64,000 bases of DNA from Chiloscyllium plagiosum (lineage: Eukaryota): contig NC_057755.1 of assembly GCF_004010195.1 (NCBI RefSeq), positions 9,091,306-9,155,305 on the forward strand, written 5' to 3'. The position numbers were made by a program, and so were the translations under genes. Positions 40,090 to 51,346 of the stretch are shown in pieces. Every line of letters begins with the position of its first letter. Positions within the stretch are counted from its first letter, which is position 1. The notes under the pieces were generated by a model. It worked only from the letters and a program-made list of their open reading frames with translations, searched no databases and was not told the origin of the DNA.

Positions 40090-42142
40090 AGACATTCCTA
40101 ATTATCTTCCTTTCATTTGTGTCCACTTTACAAGGAATGCACAGGACGATTAGAAAAAATTCAGAAGTTTTTGTCTGAATTGACTCTGGTTCAATCTATA
40201 GATGCGTGGATTTGAACAGGAACTCCATTACCTCAGCTTGGCTCCAGATTGACGGCGATATAGGCTGGTTTTTGAAGGTGTGATCGGCAATAATAGGGAT
40301 TAGATATTTTGGTCATTAAAAAGGTTATGACAGTTGTCATCCACAGCAGAATGAAATTTCCTGAGATATCAAAGAGTAAAACAATCGATTTCATAAGATT
40401 CATCTCGGTATCACATTGAATGGTGATGTGTGACTCCAAACCACTCTGCGGGCTTTACTGCTCACTAGTATATGCCTTGGATTGTCAATGTATCAGAGAA
40501 GGTGAATAAAATGAAAGAAAGCTAAACTAAACAGATGGCGAAAAATGAAATGTACATTACTCCTGCAATTGATGAAAAGAATGCCACACTTGACTGGCTG
40601 GTCCATTTCATCTCTCTAATAATGTGTTAATGTCCATGTGCAAAAATACTGAGGACAACCTTGATACAGAGGAGGACACATGTCACAGTTTTAACAATCG
40701 CTGAAATTCGCACAGTGCATTACATTGTGTTAATTTTTGAAAAACAGATGATGACAAAGCGATCAAAAGTGAAAGCGAATGTGAACCAGACCGATAAATC
40801 GATCACAGCATAAACAACGTAATAATCAACCCCACAATTATGCGATTGAGACAGAAAAGACAACGAAAAGTGATACATAAGAATGCTATACACGGCTACA
40901 TGATTGATTATGACCAGTGGATTTGCCAAGGCAAGCATTTTCATAGACATATATTTTGAGAGACCACAATTTCCTCGGACAAGAACGGTAATTATCATAA
41001 TATTCGCTGTGAGAAAGGTAGAGGAATGCAACGTTGACTCATTTTTTAAAAATAAAAATAAAAATTAAACATGAATTGTAGACCAAGTGACAGCCGAGAT
41101 GCAAATACCAAAACCTGGTAACTTCCGGTTATGTATCATGGTTGTCTAATTAGCAACGACTCCTCGCCCAAATTATCATATGTATTGATGAGATTGCATT
41201 CAAGTTCGGATCTCGAAAGCGTCAGTGAATGTCATAGCGTTTGAGAACAACAAAACAGAGAGAAAGGCCTTCTGAAACACCGAAGTATTCACCGTTCAAA
41301 ATAAATCAAAAACTATTTTAACCCCATTTTCCAGCACTGGAATCATTGCCTTTCATGTTTTGTCATCATAAAGAACACCTAAATGTCTCTGAAATGTAGT
41401 GGGGATTTCTGATAATAACAGCGTGCAGACATTAATTTCCAGATTCCTAAATACCTCGGAAATATGTCAAACATGTGCAGAATAATAGTTGGGTGCAAAT
41501 TTGCAAAGATCAAAGAGGAGAACGAGCAAGTAAGATACACGTGGGGTTTATGCATCTCAGGAATATAAAATATTTTCCCTAAATGAGTAGCTGCCGGCAC
41601 GTGTTATGTAAAGAGTATAACCTGATAGTCTGAGCAGCAATTCATGTGAATCTTTATCGACATACAATGGCATCATACCCAGCAAAGCAAGTGAAATCTT
41701 TTTATCTCTTCCTCAGGTTTATAAAACGTTCTGGTTTCCAACATATCCTGGGTTAGTGAATCCCACAGTTCATGGTTGTTGAGATAAGTAAATCTCCCCA
41801 TATCTGTGTGAAATCTACTTCCCCGCAATCTCGTTCTGGATTGCCCCACTTGAACGAACATGCTCTCTACATTTTCTTTGTCAACCAACTTTAACAGATT
41901 TCAAACCTCAAACATTTGGTAACACCATCACAATGATCATCTCCGTGACAAGGACAATGTCAATAAATGGTTTAGAGGTGGCTCGGAGAACCATCTGGCA
42001 GAGCATCGCTCAGCTTTGGAACTCCGAGGCAATTCACACAAATTGACATTATAAATTATAAACAAGGCTCACTAGGGAAACGATTTGTTGAAAGAATTGA
42101 ATAATAAATCTGCTTTATCAGCAGAGTCATTGGCCATTGCAT
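40090..42142 (-). pseudogene. GPR139-like pseudogene, subfamily B (exon 1 42073-42142; exon 2 ~40090-41006)
   Basis: Exon 1 MQWPMTLLIKQIYYSILSTNRFP with donor gtgagc; acceptor ctcacag at 41007. Tyr-to-TAA stop at 40720-40722, a 2-codon deletion in TM2, and later frameshifts. Confidence 0.88.
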
Positions 42143-42389
42143 TTTCCCAAGAAGAGATACGTTGTGTTAGATGTGAGACACTTAGGCAAGTGTTCGCCAG
42201 TGCCAGAGGGGGCAATTTCTTTTGAACTTTACGGCATCCCTCAAAGGAATTAGCGAAATCTATTACGAATGAAAATTGGATACAGGTTTATCACAATAGG
42301 CTTACGACCATTTTTTTTAGTCAATCACATGGAAACACACTTTTCAAACATGTGTTGACTTAAATTGGGTCTATGCATTGAGGATTGTC

Positions 42390-43170
42390 AGGTGGAGTTA
42401 AATTTGGATGAATATGAGGCAGTGCATTTTGGAAAACAAAAAAGGGTGAGATTTACACAATTAATGTTAATGCCTGGGTAGTGTTTTTGAGCTGACAGAC
42501 CTGTGTCTTTAAGCTTATAATTCTTTGAAGTATGTGTGATACAGATCGATGGGGTGATTAAGGAGGCGTTTAGCACTCTTGCCTGCATCACCTCGACTTC
42601 TGATTTTGAAGTATAGGAGTTCGGACGTCATGTTGAGGTTGTTTAGAACGTTTGTGAGGACTCTTCCCTCGCCCGCATGCAGTTCTGGTCACTGTATCAT
42701 TCAGAAAGATATCATTAAATTAGAGTGTGTCCAGAACAGATTGGCCAGGATGCTGTTGGGATTGGAGGTTTTGAGTTCCAAAAATAGGCTAGATAGTCAT
42801 ATGAAGTTGAGTTGTAAGCCAATAGAGGTTGTAAATTTAAGAGGGATATAAAGAAGTGAAGGTCTTTTCCCGAGAGTGGAGGAGTTCAAAACTACAAGAT
42901 ATATTATAAAGCGAGAATAGAAAGTTTTATAAAGGATTTGGGAAGCATCGTTTCTGACAGAGAGTGATTTGTCTGTGGAATGAAGTGCCAGACGAAGGGA
43001 TGGGTGCAAGTAGAGTTACAACTTTTAGAAGACATTTGGATAAGCACACGAATATAAATAGTTTAGACTGATATGGACAAACGTAGGCAATTGGGGCTAG
43101 TTCTGTTTGGAAACATGATCGACATGGACCTGATGGACTGAAGCGTTATTTCGATGATTTGTAATTCATT
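42390..43170 (+). mobile_element. Old CR1 3' fragment
   Basis: Decayed VMLRLFRTFVR...KDIIKLECVQNRLARML and 3' UTR. Confidence 0.75.
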
Positions 43171-43238
43171 GAATCGATCTGCTTTGTTGGGAACCTCATC
43201 TTTTGTGCTGGATGTCACAACCATGAAGTGCATTGGCG

Positions 43239-43257
43239 TGGCCAGCAGAGGGCGCAA
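43239..43257 (+). promoter_or_regulatory. CTCF-binding consensus match
   Basis: TGGCCAGCAGAGGGCGCAA matches the core CCASYAGRKGGCRS fully, in apparently non-repeat sequence. Confidence 0.5.
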
Positions 43258-44674
43258 ATACCTCAAAGTGAAATCCCTTACTTGAGTGGAAATGCTGAAA
43301 TGCCTTAACTTTGATATCGCTGCTTTGCTCCTCAGTTAACTAAGTAGCTCTTTATTAATATAGCGCAATGCCAGTAGAACTGTTCAACTGTTGCTGAGGC
43401 TGCACTCATGATTCAAGATCCCAATCTTTTACATTTGACTCTTTCTGGAAATGTGGTGGCGCTGAAGTTAAAATGATACCAGTTCTCTCTTTGTCTGTAT
43501 CTTTCTTGACATTTCTCTTTCTCTCTCTCTCTCTCTCTATCTCTGTCTCCCCCAATCCATCAATCTCTCTCTCTCTCTCTCTCTCTCTCTGCAGTGAGCC
43601 ATCAGATCCTCTGGCACAAAGAAAGGTGAAAAGGAAATGCGCACATATCACACTGTATTTTTATCTACAACAGGGAAACTTAAAGAAAACACATCTGTTC
43701 AGTGCAGAAAAAATCAAAATGGCCTTTTTATCTAAGAGTGGGAAAATGTATCTTCAAAACAATTGTGCAAACATGGAATCATGCAACACAGAGGAGGATC
43801 CTCAGCAAGACAAACTGTACCAGCAAAAATAAACTGTGAGCTACATTCGTCGCAATGTCCTGCAACAGTCCAGCAGTCTTGCATATTATCACACTTCGCC
43901 TGATAATCCAAATTCTTTCTGAAGATTGCGACATTTCTCGCCACAACTACACTTCCAGGACGTGCATCCCAGATCACCATCTACCTCGAGGTCAAGTAAT
44001 GCTTTCCTTACATCGCCTCAAAAACTCGTGCCTTTCACTTTCAAATTATGTACTCTTGTAACTGACCCTTCTAGGAAAGGGAGCAATTCTACCCACACCG
44101 TCCATACTCCGCTCTATTCGTCACCACTCAGATCTTGGGCTACCTGACCATAGGGTGGTCTAATGAATTTCCCAGAAAATGACTAATTTTCATTTGATGG
44201 AGTTCAGAACATTTAAAAGTTTTGGCATTTGAGATAGGTGGAGGGTACATGGGGGGTCCCCGCCTCGTTGTCCAATTTCCATAAGGAAATTTTAATTGTT
44301 TGGACGAGTGGTAGTCAGCATTCTCAAGAAATTATCTTTGTCAGGAGTTGATTTACTCCTGGGAATGAGGAAGCAATAGTCAAAGTCTGTCTTATTGTAC
44401 GATCATGGAAATAGAACAGTTGCAATAATACTTTTCAGGTGTTGTGCAATCATGTATAGTGAGGGGAGAAATGTTGAAACAAAGTCTAAAACCAGAAGTC
44501 ACTCACGTGGCAGTCGAATGTGAGGGCAGGTGCAAACATACATGAGAATGGGGATAATTGAAAAGACGTTTTCTTTGTCAACTGAAAAAAGAAGCTGATC
44601 CAGGGAGTTAAAGCTGAAGTAATTCTTTATTTATTATAGGATATGAGTGCCGTTGGCTGGACCAACATTAATTT

Positions 44675-47655
44675 TGTTTTGGGCCTGGCCAGAAAACATC
44701 AAAAACTTGGAAGAATGTATCACGAATCTCGACTTTGCTAGTTGTTTTAAACAGGTGTGTTATGGATATTCCAGAAGTGATGCAGCTGACCCAATCACTT
44801 ACTTTTAAATAAAACAAAGTTTATGTACCGAAATGAAACACAAACAAAACAAAACATAACAGGGAATTGCTGAACCTATCTGACCCCAGTTTGGTGATGC
44901 TGTTGCAAACTGCAATGATCTCTATGAACACCCGTTGGTAGAGGAGGTAAAATCAAACACGTTCTCTTACAGGAGAGATAGATAGAGAGAGAGAGACAAG
45001 CTGATAGAAAGCCAGAAAACAGAGAGATTCAGCATGGAACACCTTCTTCCATGTCACTTGGACCAGCAGCCTCAAAAACAAAACCGCTTGCTAAAAGCAA
45101 CGCATACCAGAGATTAGCTGAGCGGGGAGAACTGACCACTCCCCTTTCATTGTGCATGCGGTTCTTTTAAAACTTGAAAGCCGTTTGCTAAGGCAGTATC
45201 TCTTCTCTATAATAACAGTGGACCTAAAACTCATGCAAACCAGTATCTTCGGAATTATGCTTTTATGACGTCTCTGAAAGGAGAAGTCAATGACAACATA
45301 ACCTTGTTAAATAATCAGCATCCAAGGATAGCCTCATTTCAAATGCCCTGAATCATAAATTATAATACACATGTCCATTCAATTGACAATTATCATGCAA
45401 ACATGCATTACTAATTTCTCTTTCAGTTTATTTTAGTCCGTTTCTCATCCAAGTCTCAAGAAGGTATCAACAATGACATTGCCTGCGACATGCACAATTT
45501 TCCAATTGAAGGGCAGTAACAACAAGCTTCATCTAAACAGTCTGGCATTTCTGTCCTTCAATTGCTCCACAATTTTCAATGGTTTATGATCATCGTGTAT
45601 TTGTCTCAGTGTACATAATTGACTCAGTTACATTATTGATACTGTAAAGGTAGATATGTTTTAACACCAACACAATGCTTAAGGTCTCTTCAAATTTTAA
45701 ATATTATGCAATACAAGTTAAATTTCCTGGAGAAATGCCTGATAGAACGTTCTATCTTCTTGTCATCTTTCTGCAAAAGTACAGCACTGACACCCACGTC
45801 ACTTGCATCGATAGCCACCTTAAATGGCTTTGCGTAATTGCATTTGCTTAATAATGGGGTAGTTGTTAAAACAGATTGTCAAATGTGCTCCAACATTCCG
45901 GTGTTCACTGAAACTTCTTGCTTTTCTTCAGCAATTCAATGAGTGGAGCAGCCACACTGCAAAAGTTTGATGCGAATTTTCGATAAAGTGCACTCAATCC
46001 CTCGAATCATTGTACTGCTCTTTTTGCCCATAGTATCAGAATCGCCCCACTTACCTTTGTTTTTTTTTGCATTCCATAGCCATTCAGCCATGCCCAAACA
46101 AATGGCGCCAGAATATGAGTTGCCCTTTGGCAAATTCACTTTTAGCCAGGTTTATGAACAGACAATTCTAAAAAATTTTACAAATATTCAATCCATGTGT
46201 GACTAAAAATCACCAGATCGTCAATATAAACTGTAGAATGCATAATCTGTAAATTACCTTATCAATGAATCTCTAAAATGTGGCAGGTGCATTTTTCATA
46301 CAAAAAATCATAACTTTAAACTGATACAGTCCATTCAGTGTTACAAAGGTTGAACTTGTCTTTGCTCTTTCGGGCAAAGTAACTTCCAAGTACCCTCTGA
46401 GGAAGTTCAACTTAGAAATGAAAGTTGTTTGTACGAACTTTACAGTTTTCCTAACGAGAAATCGGATATGCATCAGTCTTTAGAACAGCATTGGCTTCGT
46501 CACAGCCTATACGTAACCGTTGGGGACCATCTCGGTTTGACAACCTTACTATGATTGAGTTCCAGTAACTGTGCCTCACTTTGAATATGTCATCTTGGAA
46601 CATGCGTTTAATCTCTTTTGGAACCTGTGCCAAAGATGGAGGGTTATGCCTTTAAGGACGTTGTTTAATCGGAACTGCATCCCCTATTTCTTCATCATGC
46701 ATAAGTACGTTTATACCTCACAGCCTATTTCCACATGGCTGCTCATAAAATCGAAATAAGTCATTCAGATCATTTGGAGTTTCCTCTGGAAGATAGCTCA
46801 ATAATTAATCTCAATTTTTGGCAACTTTCTCATTGCCCAATTTAATTTGAGGAATGTGTAATTTAGGAAACTCTGAATTTGGTTCTTTCCTCTGTTCTGC
46901 AAATAATAACACATTCACCTTTGGCTTTCTTTCCTTGTCAAAATACGTTTTGAGCATATTCACATGAAATAATCTGTGAAATTTCTTTTTCTCTGGATTC
47001 CTTATCGAATAGTTCACATCACTCAATTTCCTTTTGACATGATAAGATTCGCTAAACCTTATTTTTAACCTTATCACTGGAAGTAATGTTAATAATGTAC
47101 CTCGCATAGCAAAAGTGCAAGTTTTTGATTTCTTGTGTACTTCCTAGTTCGTTATTCGCTATGACGTTTCTAAATGGTATGGAGCCAGCTCCCCCGCTCT
47201 ATTTAATTGTTCCCGAAAGTTTCCCTTATAGTCTAAATATGTTGTTTCCGAATTATGATTGATCAATTCTTCCTGAAACAAGTTTAGCTGTAGTCTCACT
47301 TCATGCCCCAAAAGCAAGTCAAATCGACTTAGTTTAGTCCAAACATGTGGTGTACCTCTGATCACAAATGAACAAGCGGAATTCCCTTGTCCCAATCATG
47401 TGGATACTTTTGATTCTCAGCCCTCAACTTGGCCTGTAATGTCAGATGCGACCATACTAGCGCTCCCTGCAACTCTGGATGGGACGCAGTTTATTTGAAT
47501 GCTTTTCTTCATGAGCTGTCCATGACTTTGCCAGATACTTTTGATGGGAAGCTTAACCCTTGATCTGATTGTATTTCTGTGTAAAGTGAGTATCTTGTGA
47601 AAAAAAAGAATAATTCCTCTACAATCCTTTTATCTGTGATATTGCTAAATAAATT
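44675..47655 (-). mobile_element. Degenerate Gmr1-like Gypsy LTR retrotransposon (IN-RT-RH order) with 3' LTR at ~44675-45323
   Basis: On the minus strand, integrase remnants (LLGHEVR, FHVNMLKTY) precede RT (GLYQFKVMIFCMKNAPATF) and RNase H (FKVAIDASDVGVSAVL). Confidence 0.8.
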
Positions 47656-47659
47656 GTCC

Positions 47660-48355
47660 TCTTAAAATCTCCTGCTTAATTTGAACCAGCAACACAGAAA
47701 AGATTTTCTGTGAAAATTCGAGAGGCCTAGAACTGTTTAAAGTAAAAACTAACAACTTCATTTCTGAACGTATAACAGAGAATAATGAACTAATTAACTA
47801 GCAATTATTTACAACCCCTTTCTCTAACATATGTTATATTTTCTCTTCTATTATACCCGTCGGATAAAACCTCCCAATTAAGATTTGCCATAAATTCAAT
47901 TTTCAAAAGGAGCCAGCTATCGAATTTGAAACTTCCCCTGTTTTCTTTTCTTTTCCATTGGAGTAATACATCACAAGTCATGGATCAGTAAAGGTACCTT
48001 TAAGAGAGCTATTCTCCGGGCTGTCTGCAGATGTCTTGTCAGTTCTCCTCCCAACTATTGAAAATTCCCTGGTCTTATAACCTCAAAACATCAGATTGTG
48101 TCATTGGCTTTTAAGATTTTCGATATACTAAATTCAAACTTCATTTGAGTTTGGGATTTTTTTGGGGGTGTATAATTTAAACTGATTGGGCTAATTCGAA
48201 TCTGCTTTTGTCTCCAGTTAATCAGCTACCCTAACTACCCCAGTAGCTGGCACACCCGTGTTGCATTGTATCTTAATAAGAACACTTGGCACTGTCAGGT
48301 AGTTCTGATGGCTTTAAACTCTCTTAAAAGGACAGTACACCCATATCTTTATAAG
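47660..48355. mobile_element. Probable LTR-like repeat abutting the Gypsy remnant
   Basis: Non-coding block that truncates both the integrase and the adjacent GPCR pseudogene. Family not verified. Confidence 0.35.
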
Positions 48356-48356
48356 A

Positions 48357-48980
48357 AATTATAATTCAAGCTATAGCACTGTGCACATTTCAGCCACAGT
48401 TATAAATGTTTATTTTGGATATCTTCGGTTTTTTGCATATTAACATGAACACGTTATTATCGACGAGAAATGGAACTGAGAGGAAAGTGTAATAAACATT
48501 TCCTCAATTAGCGGATGAGTGTACATTTGGTTTTGCAGCGTCGGTTTAGTTTGGCATCTTTCATTCCAATTATGTTATTTATTTCCATTCACAATCAGAC
48601 ATACAATAGTGAAAAGTAATGCCGCAAAGAGATTTTGAGTCACACTATTGAAAAACAATGTGATCCCGAATTGAAGAATCGAATGAAAACTACAACTTCG
48701 CTCTTTGAAGCCTCGCAAAGGTTCATTCTGTTGTGATGACAGTTTTGATATAACTTGCAGTGACCAGAATCTCCAATCCCTGATATAATCGAGGAAACCT
48801 TGAAAATACAGCATATATTGCATTGGGAACTGAAGGCACACTGTAATATTTGAGATCCTGTTCAAACAGGTTCTTTTACACATTGACTCAGAGTAAATTA
48901 AGAGATTATCTGGTGGATCTTCTCAAATCATACGTTGATTCATTGTAAAATTGTTAAATATTAAATGAAGATGATTGAGA
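48357..48980 (+). pseudogene. 5'-truncated GPR139-like pseudogene fragment, subfamily B (ICL2 to C-terminus)
   Basis: Colinear with 61890-62540 (tttgcatat.aacatgaacacgttatt, aaatggaactg, tgtgatcccgaattgaagaatcgaatgaaa, tcctgttcaaaca) with many stops and indels. Not visible in the ORF track. Confidence 0.88.
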
Positions 48981-51114
48981 ATGGCTGTTTGCAGATAAGA
49001 AGATAATTTCACTTGTTTTTTGTTTGATATATAAAGATTCACTGTCTTGTCTGCACAAACTTGATTATTGAAGAGAAAATAAAATCAGTCTCCTTCATCA
49101 ATGAATGTGTTGACTTCAACAGTTATTTAGTCAATTCTGATTTCACAGTACGTATAGAAATCACAGTCATTTTTGGACTGCCCCTCAATCTGCATTTTCA
49201 AACAAACATACGAATGAAGTTTCTTTCGCTGACAAATTTTCCCCGCCTTTCTTGATTCATCAAAAACTATTAGCAATGTACAATACTAATAACAAGATGT
49301 GTTATTAGTTATAGGTAGTTTATCATAGTAAAGAGAATTCCCATTCAAACGAATTAGAGTTGAGTGATAATGACAATTCCTCCTTCGTAAATATATGCAT
49401 ATGATGTTTTCAGCGGTGGGCTATAGGTTATATCCCAAATCCTTGATGGGATTGTGGGGATATCAACAATGTAGAGCAATTGATTGCGAAGGATAAAACA
49501 CTGGTCAGGCCAGCATGAGAGCAATTTCTTCTCAACCCACGAAGTATGCAAAATAACAGGCGGTATTTAATTCTGTCAATAGAACAGAGAACATAGAACA
49601 TTACAGTGCAGTACAAGCCCTTCGGCCCTCGATGTCGCGCCGACCTGTCATACCAATCTGAAGCCCATATCAAATACACTATTCGATGTAAGTCCGTATG
49701 CTGTCCAATGACGACTTAAATGTACTTACAGTTGGCGAATCTACTACCGTTGAAGGCAAAGCATTCCATACCATTACTACTCTCTGAGTAAAGAAACTAC
49801 CTCAGACATCTGTCCTATATCAATCACCCCTCAAATTAAAGCTATGCCCCCTCGTGATCGCCGTCACCATACTTGTGAAAAGGCTATCCCTGTCCACCCT
49901 ATCTAACCCTCTGATTATCTTATACGTCTCTATTAAGTCACCTCTCAATCTTCTTCTCTCTAACGAAAACAGCCTCAAGTCCCTCAGCCTTTCCTCGTAA
50001 GATCTTCCCTCCATACTAGGCAACATCCTAGTAAATCTCCTCTGCACCATTTCCAAAGCTTCCACATCCTTCTTATAATGTGGTGACCAGAAGTGTACAC
50101 AATACTCCAAGTGTGGCCGCACCAGAGTTTTGTACAGCTGTAGCATAACCTCATGGTTGCAGAACTCTATCCCTTTATGAATAAAAGCTATAACAATGGA
50201 TGTCTTCTATCAACCGTGTAAACCTGGGTGGCAACTTTCGAGGATCTGTATACCTGGACACCGAGATCTCTCTGCTCATCTACACTACAAAGAACCTTGC
50301 TATTCGCCTAATACTTTGCATTCCGGTTACTCTGACCGAAGTGAATCACCTCATACTTGTCCGCATTAAACTCCATTTGCCACCTTTCAGCCCAGCTATG
50401 CAGCTTATCTACGACTCTCTGCAATCTACAACATCCTTCGTCACTATCTACAACTCCACCGACCTTAGTGTCTTCTGCAAATTTACTCACCCACCCTTCT
50501 ACATCCTCATCCAGGTCGTTTATCAAAATGACGAACAGCAGTGGACTCAACACCGATCCTTGGGGTACACCATTGGTAACTGGACTCCAGGCTGAACATT
50601 TCACATCAATCTCCCCCTCTGTCTTCTTTCAGTAAGCGAATTACTGAACCAAACTGCTATATCTCCCACAATCCCATTCTTCTGCATTTTGTGCAATAGC
50701 CTACTGTGGGGAAACGTATCGAATGCCTCGCTGAAATCCATACACACCACATCAACCGGTTTACTCTTATCTACCTGTTTGGTCTCCTTCTCAAAGAACT
50801 CAACATTTGTGAGGCACGACCTACCCTTCACAAAACCGTGCTGACTATCCCTATTCAAATTATTATTTTCTAGATGATTATAAATCCTATCTCTTATAAC
50901 CTTTTCCCAACACTTTACCAACTGAAGTAAGGCTCACTGGTCTATAATTACCTAGGTTGTCTCTACTCCCCTTCTTGAACAGGAGAACCACATTTGCTAT
51001 CCTCCAGTCCTCTGGCACTATTCCTGTAGACAATGACGATTTCACGATCAATGCCAAAGGCTCAGCAATCTCCTCCCTAGCTTCCCAGAGCATCCTAGGA
51101 TAAATCCCATCCGG

Positions 51115-51346
51115 GCTGGAAATGTGTTGCTGGAAAAGCGCAGCAGGTCAGGCAGCATCCAGGGAACAGGAGAATCGACGTTTCGGGCATAAGCCCTTCT
51201 TCAGGCTTATGCCCTCCTGAAGAAGGGCTTATGCCCGAAACGTCGATTCTCCTGTTCCCTGGATGCTGCCTGACCTGCTGCGCTTTTCCAGCAACACATT
51301 TCCAGCTCTGATCTCCAGCATCTGCAGACCTCACTTTCTCCTCAAA
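51115..51346. mobile_element. Young palindromic Penelope-derived element with hammerhead cores (91-bp perfect inverted arms, 16-bp TSD)
   Basis: Arms at 51115-51205 and 51216-51306. TSD gataaat(c/t)ccatccgg at 51099-51114 and 51347-51362. Confidence 0.9.
51215..51249 (+). ncRNA. Minimal type I hammerhead ribozyme motif (mirror copy on the minus arm)
   Basis: tc-CTGAAGA-a-GGGC-ttat-GCCC-GAAA-CGTC-ga: core, 4-bp stem II, palindromic ACGT stem III and a GUC cleavage triplet. Stem I is only 2 bp here. Confidence 0.7.

Noticed and set aside
43473..43832. 119-aa ORF and the antisense RERE-rich ORF
   Set aside because: Both are produced by a (CT)n microsatellite.
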